A stretch of DNA of 64,000 nt, taken from contig OZ260664.1 in the NCBI GenBank assembly GCA_965285935.1, forward strand, positions 60,636,001-60,700,000, read 5' to 3'. Positions within the stretch are counted from its first letter, which is position 1, and the number at the start of each line of letters is the position of its first letter. Shown here one piece after another: positions 24,343 through 36,331 of this stretch. The translations under genes and the position numbers were made by a program. The notes beneath the pieces are model-generated. The model was not told the DNA's origin and did no database searches. It worked only from the letters and a program-made list of their open reading frames with translations. This DNA is from Ophelia neglecta. Its lineage: Eukaryota.

Positions 24343-27300
24343 AATGAAGGAGTCTGAAAGGCTAGTGTTAGTCCGTTGAAACAATCACCAAAAACCGCAC
24401 TGTGTGTTAATTTATTCCATAATTTTCAAACAAAAAGCAATTGTGATCCAGGAGCAGATACCGTCACTGCGGGTACTTTGCGAACAAGCGTTTTCTTGAT
24501 TAAGTGCTAAGATAAAGTCCCATTCAAATAGCTCTTCATCTTTTCACCGTTTGAGAACATTAACGTTCCGACTCTGTCCTAAGTGATTAATTGATCACGC
24601 TTCAGATTGTACAAGTCCTTAACGGCGAGAAGGCGTGGGAAAGAAAATGTATGCAAAAATTTTCAATTTAAAAATGAAAATCTCGTCCTCAATCAGGGGA
24701 ATCATTGCCAACGGCGAGTTCTGCTTCTATTAAATAACAATTAAATAATAGAGTGAATTAAGTTTCCTTTATTATTGTTCTTTATCTTGTTCTTAACTTA
24801 AGATAAATGCATGACATCGGATAACCAACCATTATTTTGTTGGCTTTCACGTGGTGTCTTGTCCGCTGCAGTTTTCACACCTACCACGGCTGTGGCAATG
24901 AAGCCATTTACTAATTGGGTCACGCATATATCTATATGAAAAATGATTCATGCATACGCGTGATTAAAATAAACCCGTAAAGAGACAATGCGTGCTTGCT
25001 ACGCCGAGGTCAATGAGATAAGCTGCACAGATAACTGATCTCTTATCACCAGAATTTCGTTTGCTTCACTCGTGTTTTAAATATTTGTTTTTAACCAATC
25101 TTAGGAGCAAAAACTTCGGATGGCGTGCACGGCAGTTACATTTTTACGGTTTATTTTTACATGCTAGATATCGATATTGTTCAAGGAATGGCATAATACA
25201 GCTAGAATGATATCGAGTGGCGTCAGGACAATTATGTGTTTGCACGTAAGACTTCTAATTATTCATGTACTGTACCTTGTTAGATTTAGCTTAACCGGTC
25301 GTCTCGTAAGAACTGTGCAGAAAATTAACCATATAAGCAAGACATGCCGGTGAGGTGGGTGGCACAGTCTATGTTTTGAGCATTTCAAGAAATGGGATAG
25401 AATTAAGAACGGCATTGACTAGACATTTAATCTATTTAAACTTTGCAAATAGTAGTTAAGAGCGGATTTCGCTGGAACATTAAAAATGGACGGATCGGAG
25501 ATATCAAAACGCGCATATTTATGATCCACCGCGAGTCAGATAACGTCTTCCCGGCTTAAGCTTCTAGAAATTTCAATGAAGGAGACGTGTCTGACATCGT
25601 GGCCTTGAAAATGCTACTTAGTGACCATCCTGGCATCAAAAAAATGTATTATTGCTGAATCATATTTATAGATTTTATACACACCATTCAGGATTAAATG
25701 CTTAATTTTGCTTAATTTGTTTAGCAGATTATTTACCCAGTTTTCCCCTATTTGAAACACTCATTTGAAAGTGCTTAATCCAAAATGGCATAGGTTGGAT
25801 ATTCAGTACCACACAATGAGGGACGGGCAATTAGATGACTGGGCGGAATGTTGAAATCGGGACATTGGAAAAAGGATACAAAAAATGTCCAATGATGAAT
25901 TTTATACCCAATCAATTATTAAAACTGCTTCTATATATTTTTTAAATTACTTGCAAGGGAGATAAGATTGTATTGAATGACCAGGAAGAAGAAAATAGAA
26001 ATCCCATTTGTAGCCAGAATGGAGAGAGTTCTGACTTATTATTAAAGAAAATAGAACTGGTTGCCACCGCAGATTTTGCTGCTCTTATAATAAACGCACA
26101 AGTGAAGTGCCAACCGTAATCTATCACAACTATCTCTATCTCATGGACTACAACTTTCACCTCAGGAGGCCATATCATTGATTGGATAAAGCTATTCTAT
26201 TTCAAATTAAACACAACATAGGTCAACTCATCTGGAACTTTCGGTGATGGTTGAGGTGCCTGCGTTATAATGTATGTGCATTCTAATGAGTTTGTTGTTG
26301 TTGTTGAAAGCATTTTGGAGCAGGAAATTTCATGATCATACTTAATAGCCGTTATAGATCACATAAAACCAATCTTATCTAACCTTATCTAACAGAAAAT
26401 CAGTAACATTTAGTTCTTGTGTTAGGTCCTTGCCTTACATGGTACCTCCCCCCCCCCCGGCTAAAAAGAAACCGGTGCTTTATTTATGCCTGGTGCTGCA
26501 GCCATGCCATTTAATAAATTTATTCTATTAAGCACTTAATGAACTTGGACGAGGTAGCATGTTTGCGGGGTCAATGTAGGTTCTAAAATCATTAATTATA
26601 GGATGAATAATATCAGCACAATACAGATTACAGCCTTGAGGTAAATCCACATCCGAGACATTTTTCCAAAAATCTCATTGTCAACTGATAAAAACCAATC
26701 GAGACATCTTAGCTTACAACTTTGGACCGAGTAAGGGTTAAATATATCATCTGAGTATCTCCTTGTATTAAATGCAGGTTAATATAATGATTTGATTGTA
26801 CATGTATAATCTTTCTTATAGTCGCATTCGGTCGTCAGGGCACGACAAAATGGTGTACTCCTTTATTCGTGAATAAATCTATCTATATCCCTGGATGAAG
26901 ATTTATTGATAGTTATGTACAAAGGTAAAAAGATACTTTCAACGCAACATTGAAAATCAATTCTATAGCTATGAATACTTTTATAAAAATCTAATTGTAC
27001 TTTATGATAACGATTAAAATTAATATCTGCAGTTATTCTTTTTAAGGACTACTATGAATAAGTCCATTCAGGGACTAAGTTTAGGGTAAAATATTAGTAG
27101 TGCCGATTGTTTTTTAAACCATATTCAAGGCAGTTTAAGACATACTATACAGTAGTGCAAATAGTGAAATCAAACTCGTCCCAACTATTGTCGTGAACTC
27201 TAAAATGAAAGAATCTGCATTGAACAAAAGAACAATTATTCGATGTATTTCAGGGACCGTCGTAGACAACAAATTCAAAATATGCAAATATTGCAAAACA

Positions 27301-29489
27301 CGTGTTAAACTTAAATACTGCAGAAAAAAAATGACCCTGGAATTGGAAGCATGTTTGTTGAGGAGTATGTTACATTTAGCCTATGGTATACATACAGAAT
27401 CTTAGACACGGGTACATGTACATTTTGACGAAAAGTTTATTGGGAGCTACATTTCATACGGCCAGGATAAAGGAAGTTTAAGATAGAAGTGTCGAATCTA
27501 GCTGAGTTGATCGTTAACAACAAAGCCAGAACGGAGATTTCTGCTTAATCCTATCAGTAATTTGTACATATAAACGCAGGTTAAATTGACTTTGGAGGCA
27601 AGTCCTTTTTATTTGTAATGTATGTGCATATATTTTTGGCATGTTAATCTATTAGTAGTGCCGTTGTTACTAATATCTTGCTAATATCACAATTTTGAGG
27701 GTGATGAAAGGAAGTCGAGTACAGCCTTATTTATAAATATAATATTTTATTGTTTACTTTGTGAGTGCTGTCACAGCACGCATCTTACACACTAATATCT
27801 ATAATATACAAGTACATTTGTATATAATATATTGTTGTTAGGCGCAAGGTGCATTTAGAAGTGTCAACATTAAGACCTACACATAACACTGTGATTACTG
27901 TTTCTACGCAAAGATAACTATATCTGGTACTTTAAGATATCACAGCTCTTGACCTTGCAAAAAGATTGATCAAACACTGAAATGTACAAGAACTTTGAAT
28001 GAACTTAAACAAATCAATATGTTCAAACTTTATCATACCTAAAAGTGTACCCTTAGAAGTGAAAACAGTCTTCGTTCATTCTGTTTCGGGGAAAGTAGTT
28101 TAGAATCGTTTGGATTACCGATGACCGTGTCAAGTTGCCCACAAATGTGAATGATTATATAACCGTAACCGGTAACCTTAAATAACTAGTTACCACTTGT
28201 GAACCGTGCATAGTTTTTATCTATCGTTTTCTTCCCCCTTACATCAAGTAGTTTATTCAATATTAGTATGATTCTTAAGGCGCATTTAGGTAGGCATTTT
28301 AATATGAAAATGACTTATCTTTTTGTGTTTGTTGGCATAATTTTTCTATAAGAATTTTTATCTTTGCCTTAACCAAGCAAAGGGACCCACAATGAAGGTA
28401 ACGGAGGGCAAGGCTATATTATTTCTGGAAGAAAATTGTTTGTCGGCCATATTTGTGGAAAACGCCCTTTTGCAAATAAAAAGTCGTGACCAAATTTAAA
28501 AACAAATTCCATGAAAACGATAAAATTTAAAGATAAAAAGTTTCTTCGAAATAAATCTTCTAGTCCCCCTTTCCCCTTTATCAAATGATACGTTCTAAGT
28601 TAGTATTCCATTTTAATACATGAATGGCTATGCCTTGCCCTTGGTTTCCCAGAACTTTTCAATCGTTTTAATTAATTCCTAATTTTTTGATGCTTTCATG
28701 GCAGCACTGTTTGTACAGAGCTGAAAAATAATAACGTCACGCCCCGGGGATTGCAATGGAACAAATGCCGCCTTAAATGTCGTTAAACTAAAAATGAATG
28801 AATCTTAAAGCCTAACAAAAGAAAAATAATTGGTTGTAATTCAGGAACCGATTTGTTCCTCTGATTGAAGAGTGGAGGCCTATCAAACGCAATCTTGAAA
28901 ATTCCTTGAACTATGATTAGTTTTTTTCCTAATTAAGGTAGACAAACTTTTTTCTTATAAAAAATATTTTAGCCCTACCCCCTTTATCTTAATGGTGCGT
29001 CCCCTAACAAGGTAAGGGCAAGAGTGTTGCCACGACAACACCAAAAAATCATGAATTAGAATTGGTTGAAAAGCCTTCGGAAATAATTATACACATTTTT
29101 TTTGGGTATACAATTACCGGAATTGGTAGCCATAGGGCTTGGCGCGACGTAACGGATCACATGGGCATATTTCCATTGGTGCAACAATTCTATCGATTCG
29201 TTGTTGTACATAAAAACTACTTTTTATGGAAAGTTCAAGTTATTATATAAGGCCAATTATCAAAAACACACCGATCACGTACATTTAAATATGTTTTGCT
29301 TGCTAAAAGTATCATACTGTAATCAGCAATGAAAGAGAGCACTATACAAAGTTGACATCTTGACAAGCATTTAGTAACATCTATGTTATACGATTAAAAG
29401 TCCAATTTACACTATTAACTAGCACGAATGTTATGTTCGCGTAAGGCTTTTCTCTGAGAAATCAATTATAATTTACAGACCAAAGAATT

Positions 29490-30040
29490 TGTTATGAATG
29501 GCGGTAACTAGACAGACACAAGTGATTGCTATATGAATTGCAGAGACTCGACAGACACAAGTGGATGATACGAATGACGGGATCTCGACAGATACAACAA
29601 AAGTTGAACCCCTCATGAGAGACCACAAATAAGTGGTCTTATATGAGGGGTGGTTTCTCATCAGGGGTTGAAATACATGGCAGGTGTAGCAAACCGTTTA
29701 GCAAAAAGAGCTGTTTTGGCCATGTTTGGGTGGTCTTTCAACAGGGGTTTCATTGTACATGACATAAATGAAGGGACCTTGACATACTCAAGTGTTTGAT
29801 ACGAATAGCGGGAACTCGACAGACACAAGTGGTTGATACGAATGGCGGGAAGTCAAATGAGGCAGACTAAATTTGTGTTGGCACGAATGACAGAAACCCG
29901 AATGACATAACTTAAGTGGTTGATGCAAACGACTGACACAAGTAGATGATACGAATGGCCGGAACTCGACATGCGCAAGTTGTTGACTAAATGGCGGAAC
30001 CTCGACAAACTCAAGTGGTAGATACGAATGGCGGGAACGC
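29490..30040. repeat. Degenerate ~37-bp minisatellite (GATACGAATGGCGGGAACTCGACAGACACAAGTGGTT) downstream of the receptor stop
   Basis: Repeated gatacgaatg..gg.actcgaca.acacaagtg units, interrupted at ~29600-29757. Confidence 0.85.
29598..29757. mobile_element. MITE nested in the 37-bp minisatellite
   Basis: Imperfect TIRs (GTTGAACCCCT ... AGGGGTTTCATTGTA), with internal GACCAC/GTGGTC and AGGGG sub-repeats. Confidence 0.6.
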
Positions 30041-30583
30041 GATCTAAAATCCGCCTGGTTACTATCTAACACGAATAGAGCCTATACAAATACAACAAAA
30101 AAGCTTGTTTCTAATTTTCTGGTTTCTAATTTTCTGGTATCAAGACTTGGTCTTTCCGCTATTAGCATTTCAAGAGATATTTGGAATCTCCATTAAACAA
30201 ACAGATATGCGGAAAGATCAGTTACTGTTATTTCGATACCAGAAGAATCTAGTCTCCCAAAGTGGAAACCGCTTGCTTTATACAAGAGCACAAAACACCA
30301 AGTGTACGGCACTATGAAACAACTTATTACCAATAATGTTGCTGGCAATACCGATAGAGCATGAATAATTAGCGCGGAAGATGTATGAAGTGACACGCGA
30401 AAAACCCTTCGCGAATGACTAATCAGACCCTAGGTCCATTCACAAGAATGCCAGATAGCGTTAGCATTGCAGACAGGTAAACAAGGAACAGTGCAGTGTA
30501 AACCGGCAAAATCTATAAATAAAGCTGAATTGGCAAATGAAATAGTTTTCGAATTATTATTTTATAAATAACCCTGCATGGTA

Positions 30584-31212
30584 TCACGTGACGGGCTTTT
30601 TGTCGTCTATGGTCCCCTTTAGGATGGTTTCGTCGCCCAGTAGGCTGAAATAACTCTTAGTCAGGGGGTGAAAGAGGAGAAGGGTGGTGATAACAATGGC
30701 CGACAGAAACGTCCAGAAGAACAGTCTGTCCACCACCTCGGCCAGACGCCGCCATTCCCTCGCCCATTCGTCTTCCAACTTTTTCTGATCCTTTTTTGGA
30801 CGCCTTTCCTCTTCTTGTTGGAAGGTGTAGTGCGAGCGGAATTGGGCTCCGTGGCGGTCGACCAGGGCGCCACCTTCCGCGCGGCTGGCCCCTCCTCTCG
30901 ATCTCTCGCTGGTTGTCTGGTTAGGACCCCCGTTGACGTTGGCTAACAGACCTATCTGACTGCTGATAGCCTTACCAAGGCTGTTTGGAGTAACTCGGTA
31001 TTTGTCCTTTTTAGCCTTATTCAGCTCATTCTCGTCTGCCTCACTTTGGGGCACATATTGACACATACATAGCAGTCGGGCGAGGTAAACGAGGACGATC
31101 GTGTGGGCCCAGCGCGGGACAGGCCGGTCATTGATGTGATGTAAGTTGAGGACAAACACAGTTAACACCATCGACAGTGTAGTGATTGCCATGGTGCACG
31201 TCAGATAGATAC
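30584..31212 (-). CDS. nAChR-like last exon (M3, intracellular loop, M4, stop)
   Basis: ctcag|GIYLTCTMAITTLSMVLTVFVLNLHH...EWRRLAEVVDRLFFWTFLSAIVITTLLLF...KKPVT*. Confidence 0.95.
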
Positions 31213-34200
31213 CTGAGAGAGAAAAAAATGGAAACAGTGTCAAAGACAATTCAATATATATTTTATATAGGTCAAGCCCTAATTGGTTCGTAAAATATCG
31301 TGCGTTTTTTTTTGTCAAACAAACATCTTAAGTTGTTTCATCAAAAGAACGAGTAAAATAATAACATGATAAAAAACCTTTGTCGTACCGAGCAGGGGTA
31401 TGTGGTCTGATGTTTTAGGAATACTGTCAGTCACATTCAGTAGAAAAATCCTAAATGACAATAATACTACAACTCCTATTTGTACTTTCTGCGCAGGCGT
31501 ACAGAAGAATATTGACAGTAAGAGTACGGAAGTCATTAGACTAGGAAGGATGACGTTCATGATGTAGAATGTGTACCGCCGGCGTAAGTACACATTAAAG
31601 GCGACATTTGCAAATTTTTCATCAGGACAGCAATCAAAGAAGAATTCCTGTCGTATCACTTCTGTGTTATATATCTCCCACTCTCCATTTTGTTCATAAC
31701 TATCCATGTTCACTTTTTGATCGGTATTTGACAGGTTCATTTTGGTCGTGTGGTAGCTCCACGCGCCAAACTTCAGAAAACATTTTTGTTCGTCGAAGGG
31801 GTAGTAGGTTATGTCTATTTCACATACGGTTTTGAACACCCCTCCGGGTTCCCAGTGGACTTTACCATCGTAAGAGATGATGGCGCGAAACTGACCATAA
31901 TCTCCGTATATTCCATCGGCTCTGAAATGAAAAATCTCAAAATGTATTTTTAAACAATACACACGTTACAAAGTTAAATGTCTTTATGCCAGCAACATAA
32001 AGTCTAGAGACTAGTGGTGCTTAAACAAACTTTGAATCTGTAATCAATGCATGTCCGACACGCTCACATGGTGAACTCTAATTGACCCAGAAAGCAAATG
32101 ACGCTTGGCATGCTTTCGTCGATGACGTCACCACCAGAAGGCAGCGGCACCCAGGGACACAGTGCTCTGGCAAAACGCGTCAATTGCCTTCGGGTTTAAA
32201 TAGGTCAAACGTCATACATAGCAAACCAATTAGAGGCAGCCTTTTTTTAAACACACCAATTACACATAGACAATATGTGCGTCAGCAGTAGCTTGTGCAC
32301 ACTGGTTTCTATCATCGAATGATTTTAAACCTTTTTTTGCTGAAAGTCTCCAGACTTTATGTGGCTGGTGTAAATAACACATTGATTAAGACGAAGAAGC
32401 GGCATCCGGCGGCTTTAGAATACAAACATTATTTGGACAGGACGTTTGTACATACATGCTCGACCACGAGGCATGCGTTCAATCTAGTCTTGGTTAACTC
32501 ACCGGATAAACTTGAGAAAGGTCCTTACCAACAAATCAGCGAGGTAAAACACATATACATATACTGTTGCTTGTTTTATTAGTTCAATAGCCTTCCTACA
32601 CTTGTGGGTGTATAATTATGCGAAAACAAATGCAGGTTTGTGTTAGTTTAGGAAAGCAGCAAAACGACATTATTACCTGTATTTAAGAAATTATCAGTTA
32701 TTACGCATATACATAGCCGAATTTTAACGGCAATCGTGACGACAAACAATTACAAAAACACACATCATCCTAAGAATTTCTAGGTCTTCATCGGATTTCA
32801 TCGCCCGAGGCTACAATGCATGGTTTAACGTGCAGCATAATAAAGGTATGTGGGATCGAGGAGAAGAAAAACTACAGACCCATTAATGGCGGCAAATTCG
32901 GGTCGCCACAACTGTTTGGCTTCTATGACCAGGTCATCTATTGGAATCTTGACGGGGTCCCACCTCAATCTCTCGTCGTACCATTCCTGTATCAAATCAA
33001 CAATATTTAAAGAGATGGCCGATAATAATTTAAGTTAATGATTTCCCATTTCTATTGCCCCCCGTCTCGGAATTAAATAAATGGTCATGGCCCGCCCTCA
33101 AATCTTTCTTAATTATATCTATATTATTAAATTCAAAAAACCTATTTTTGATAAGGTAAATCATCATGTTTGGTTGAATTATGATTTTCTACGACAGCAT
33201 CCAATTATTGGAGCTTGCATTATCTCCCTCTCAAAAAGCGAACTGATGTCTCATTAAATTGATGTGTTGCAGACAGGTGGTGCTGATTTGTACGGCATTA
33301 AATTAAGTGTGTATATGCAAAAATGGGAAATATATGTACATGAAATGGATTTTTCATGACATTGCCAACTTAAGCTTTCTGCCTTGCCAAAGCTGGGATT
33401 AAAAAAGAAATAATATTATGACTACTCCCATGTTTCACTGGGTATGAGAGTATTCATTTATCAGTAGGCCTAAACACTTTGTTGCTCTACCCTTTCTAAA
33501 TTGGAGCAAAATATAGTATATGGACTTTATTCATTGGTGAGAAGGATAGTCTTGCAGATAGGATTGCTATTATGACGTATAGCTCATGAATAATTTTTTT
33601 TTCGTTAATTGTCGCAAACATTTCTAATATCTATTTAAATATGAATCTTCATTCAAATAAGTAACATGTTAAGTCCCGTAGACTGCGGAAAGTCCGCGAC
33701 AGCAGGGGGACATGCTGCAGGCCTGTTTTGCGCATTCGACGGTGTCGTTTGTTGCATTGTAGATTCATAAACCCTTAGTGGTTTTACTTAGCTATAGACG
33801 AATGTAATTTTGTGTGCGTGGGGAATCCAGATCAGATAGTCATTTTTTAACATTGTTCTCAAAAATATTTTCCAAGAAAAAGACGGAGAAGAAAACCTTA
33901 AATTCCATTGGACGTTAAATTGAATAAAAAAACAAGCCTCTATTGTGTCGTTTTTCTTCAACGGCAATTATAAGATATAACAATACGTTTCTGACTACTT
34001 TTGCCATCATTTCTATACGGCTTGCTAATACCTGCCTCAGAAATCTGATGATGTCGAATTTCAAAGGAATGTTTTTTGTCTTACCAGGATGAGTAACCCT
34101 GTCGTAGTTAGAACTTGATTTCGCAGATTCTGGAAGAGAAAATATGAATAAACTGTTTTAGTTCATAACGATGGCAGCTCGTTCCTTCATTCACTTGAAT

Positions 34201-36331
34201 TCATCCTTGAATGAATATTTTTCTTGGCGACAGGCTTAGATTTTCTGGACTATTTATGTGTCTTTAACGCCTGACTTAGTTTACTTGTTACTGCACGGCT
34301 TTTGTAAAGATCAAATTATCATTACCCAGTGAGCCGGCTTGCATGGGATTTGAATACACTTGAAGAAAACAAACAATGAATTGTAATCTAAATACAGTTT
34401 TTTTACTAGTCCTATTATTCTACTAGACATAAAGTAATGTTCCAATTTCATACGTTAAAACAGGGCAGATATTTCCTCGAGCACTCCTGGACAACGTGGG
34501 GTATAACATTAGGCAATTATATATCCAATGATTAATGCTTGGATGTTTAGGCTTGGAGACGCTGGCTTCTGAAAGTGACATTGTATGTGGCTTTGGGGAC
34601 TAAGACATACCAGCTGGGGAGTTAACTGCTGATCAGGAAAAAGACCGCTCGCTGAATTTAAGGAGAATTGTTTGTCAGTAGACATGAAGATGATAAATCA
34701 GCAAAGAACGGGTAAATTTGAATTAAATCACCAAAAAAACGTGTGCTAAACAGGATCGTCTGGTTGATCGAAATGTAGGTATTTATACATTCAACTCCAC
34801 ACGCCCTGCATTTAGGCGGTCTCTGAATTTCCAAGTATGTCTTATAAAGAAAGCGGTCATTTAAGAAAACCTATCATAATGTCTGATTAATTACGTTAAT
34901 TTTTACTTCATGTACTAACTACACTAATTAAAGCGTTCGTGTTCCCCTTAATAAAAATACGTGAATTTCACTGGGAATATATTATGGGAAATGCTTCGAA
35001 ACTTTTGAAATCCCATATTTTTATCCTTTTTCGTACGAATATCGATCGTATTAGTGAAAATGAATAACATAATACACTCTATTAAAAGAAACTTGCTAAA
35101 ATAAACATCGAAATATTTTATTCAATCAAAAAATAATATAGTTTCCTTGAATTTATCGGACTTATTACCCGATTCAGCGACTGAGGTATTCATTTTATTT
35201 TCCATGAAATTTGGACACTCTGTGTTAATTTAAGGAAAAAAAATGGCTGAAAGTTCATTCGCTGTTCGGTTTCATTTGTGCCAATGTTCTGCGAGCGTTA
35301 TCGCGTAGCCCTCCTTCGAATTGATGTCAAAGTAATTTGCTTTAGCCCCTATAAAGATAGATATGTCGACAAGAACAAGGCAGGTAAGCAACTTGTATCT
35401 AGTTCTCCAAGTAAAGCACTTAGTCTCAATCCACGAAAGTACAGGTATCTCATAGAACCTATTGTAGAGTCATTTTGTTGTCAATATAAGGTAGCGAACA
35501 GAAAACGTCACACAGTAAATGTTGGTTAAGGTTAGGCATAATGGAAAAAAATGTCAAATTTGTCATTGAGTTCACAAAATCTACCCACTACGAACAAATA
35601 CCACAAGGCATTGCAAGGCCAACCTCATCTCCATTTTGACAAAATTGGTTACCGCTATAAATGAATAAAGTTAACACAATATATAGGGGGTGAGGAAGGG
35701 CTGAGAAGTGACTTCAAGGTTAAACAATGACATTAGTGTAGACGACGTGAGATCACGGCATTTTAATTTTATTAAGCGACCTTGCTAAGCAAGTGCTTAA
35801 AAAGGTCACAGTGAAGGTCGTCCTTGGCGCTTTGAGTCTTCTTTCCGGCTCTAATTTTGCATGCTAGTAATAGACTGGTAAACATGTAGTTTCAGTATTA
35901 GCAAAGGCGGATGATCAGCCTCTGGTATAGTGCGCTGAATACAATGAATTATAAACGAGTGGGTATTTATCTCACAAATATTGGTCCGTCTTTTATGATT
36001 GGATTTAAAATTTAAGCTGCCGACAACTCTTTGTCTTACTGCCTGCCAAGCAGGTGTGCATACATACACGGCCCTAATAAACTATACCGAATGCAGGGCC
36101 TACATACACTTCTACAAAGGGTAACATGAACCACCAAGTTGTTTATTCCAGAAAGTTCTGAATAAAGCCTGCTTACCAGTTCCTGTATTTGTAACAATGA
36201 AAATTGCATTTTTACATCGACTGTGTGGGAGGAATTAATCACTGGACGCGCGGAGGGATTGTAGCCGTCAAAAAGTAGTTCCAATAACCGTTCTTCGTCT
36301 GATGGCAGCCGTGGAGTCACCATTGAGGCTG
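30584..36331 (-). CDS. Divergent nicotinic acetylcholine receptor-like Cys-loop ligand-gated ion channel subunit (alpha-type, vicinal Cys); 5' partial
   Basis: Exons 36177-36331, 34085-34129, 32880-32986, 31389-31921 and 30584-31212 are GT-AG, phase-compatible and give one open frame of about 489 codons. Motifs: EERLLELLFDGYNPSARPV, NQVLTT, WxDxRLRWDP, Cys-loop CEIDITYYPFDEQKC, FGAWSY, NGEW, loop-C CC, LRRR, four TM helices, PKTSDHIPLLG, EWRRLAEVVDRLF. The signal-peptide exon was not identified. Confidence 0.95.
31389..31921 (-). CDS. nAChR-like exon (Cys-loop, loops B and C, M1, M2)
   Basis: ttcag|ADGIYGDYGQFRA...CEIDITYYPFDEQKC...FFFDCCPDEKF...IPKTSDHIPLL|gtacga. Confidence 0.95.
32880..32986 (-). 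CDS. nAChR-like exon (loop A)
   Basis: tacag|EWYDERLRWDPVKIPIDDLVIEAKQLWRPEFAAING|gtctgt; phase 2 matches the next exon. Confidence 0.92.
34085..34129 (-). CDS. nAChR-like 45-nt exon (loop 2, loop D)
   Basis: ttccag|NLRNQVLTTTGLLIL|gtaag; same size and position as the conserved DEKNQxLTTNxWL exon. Confidence 0.92.
36177..36331 (-). CDS. nAChR-like exon (mature N-terminal helix, beta1)
   Basis: tttcag|(cag)ASMVTPRLPSDEERLLELLFDGYNPSARPVINSSHTVDVKMQFSLLQIQEL|gtaagc; NAGNAG acceptor. Confidence 0.9.
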
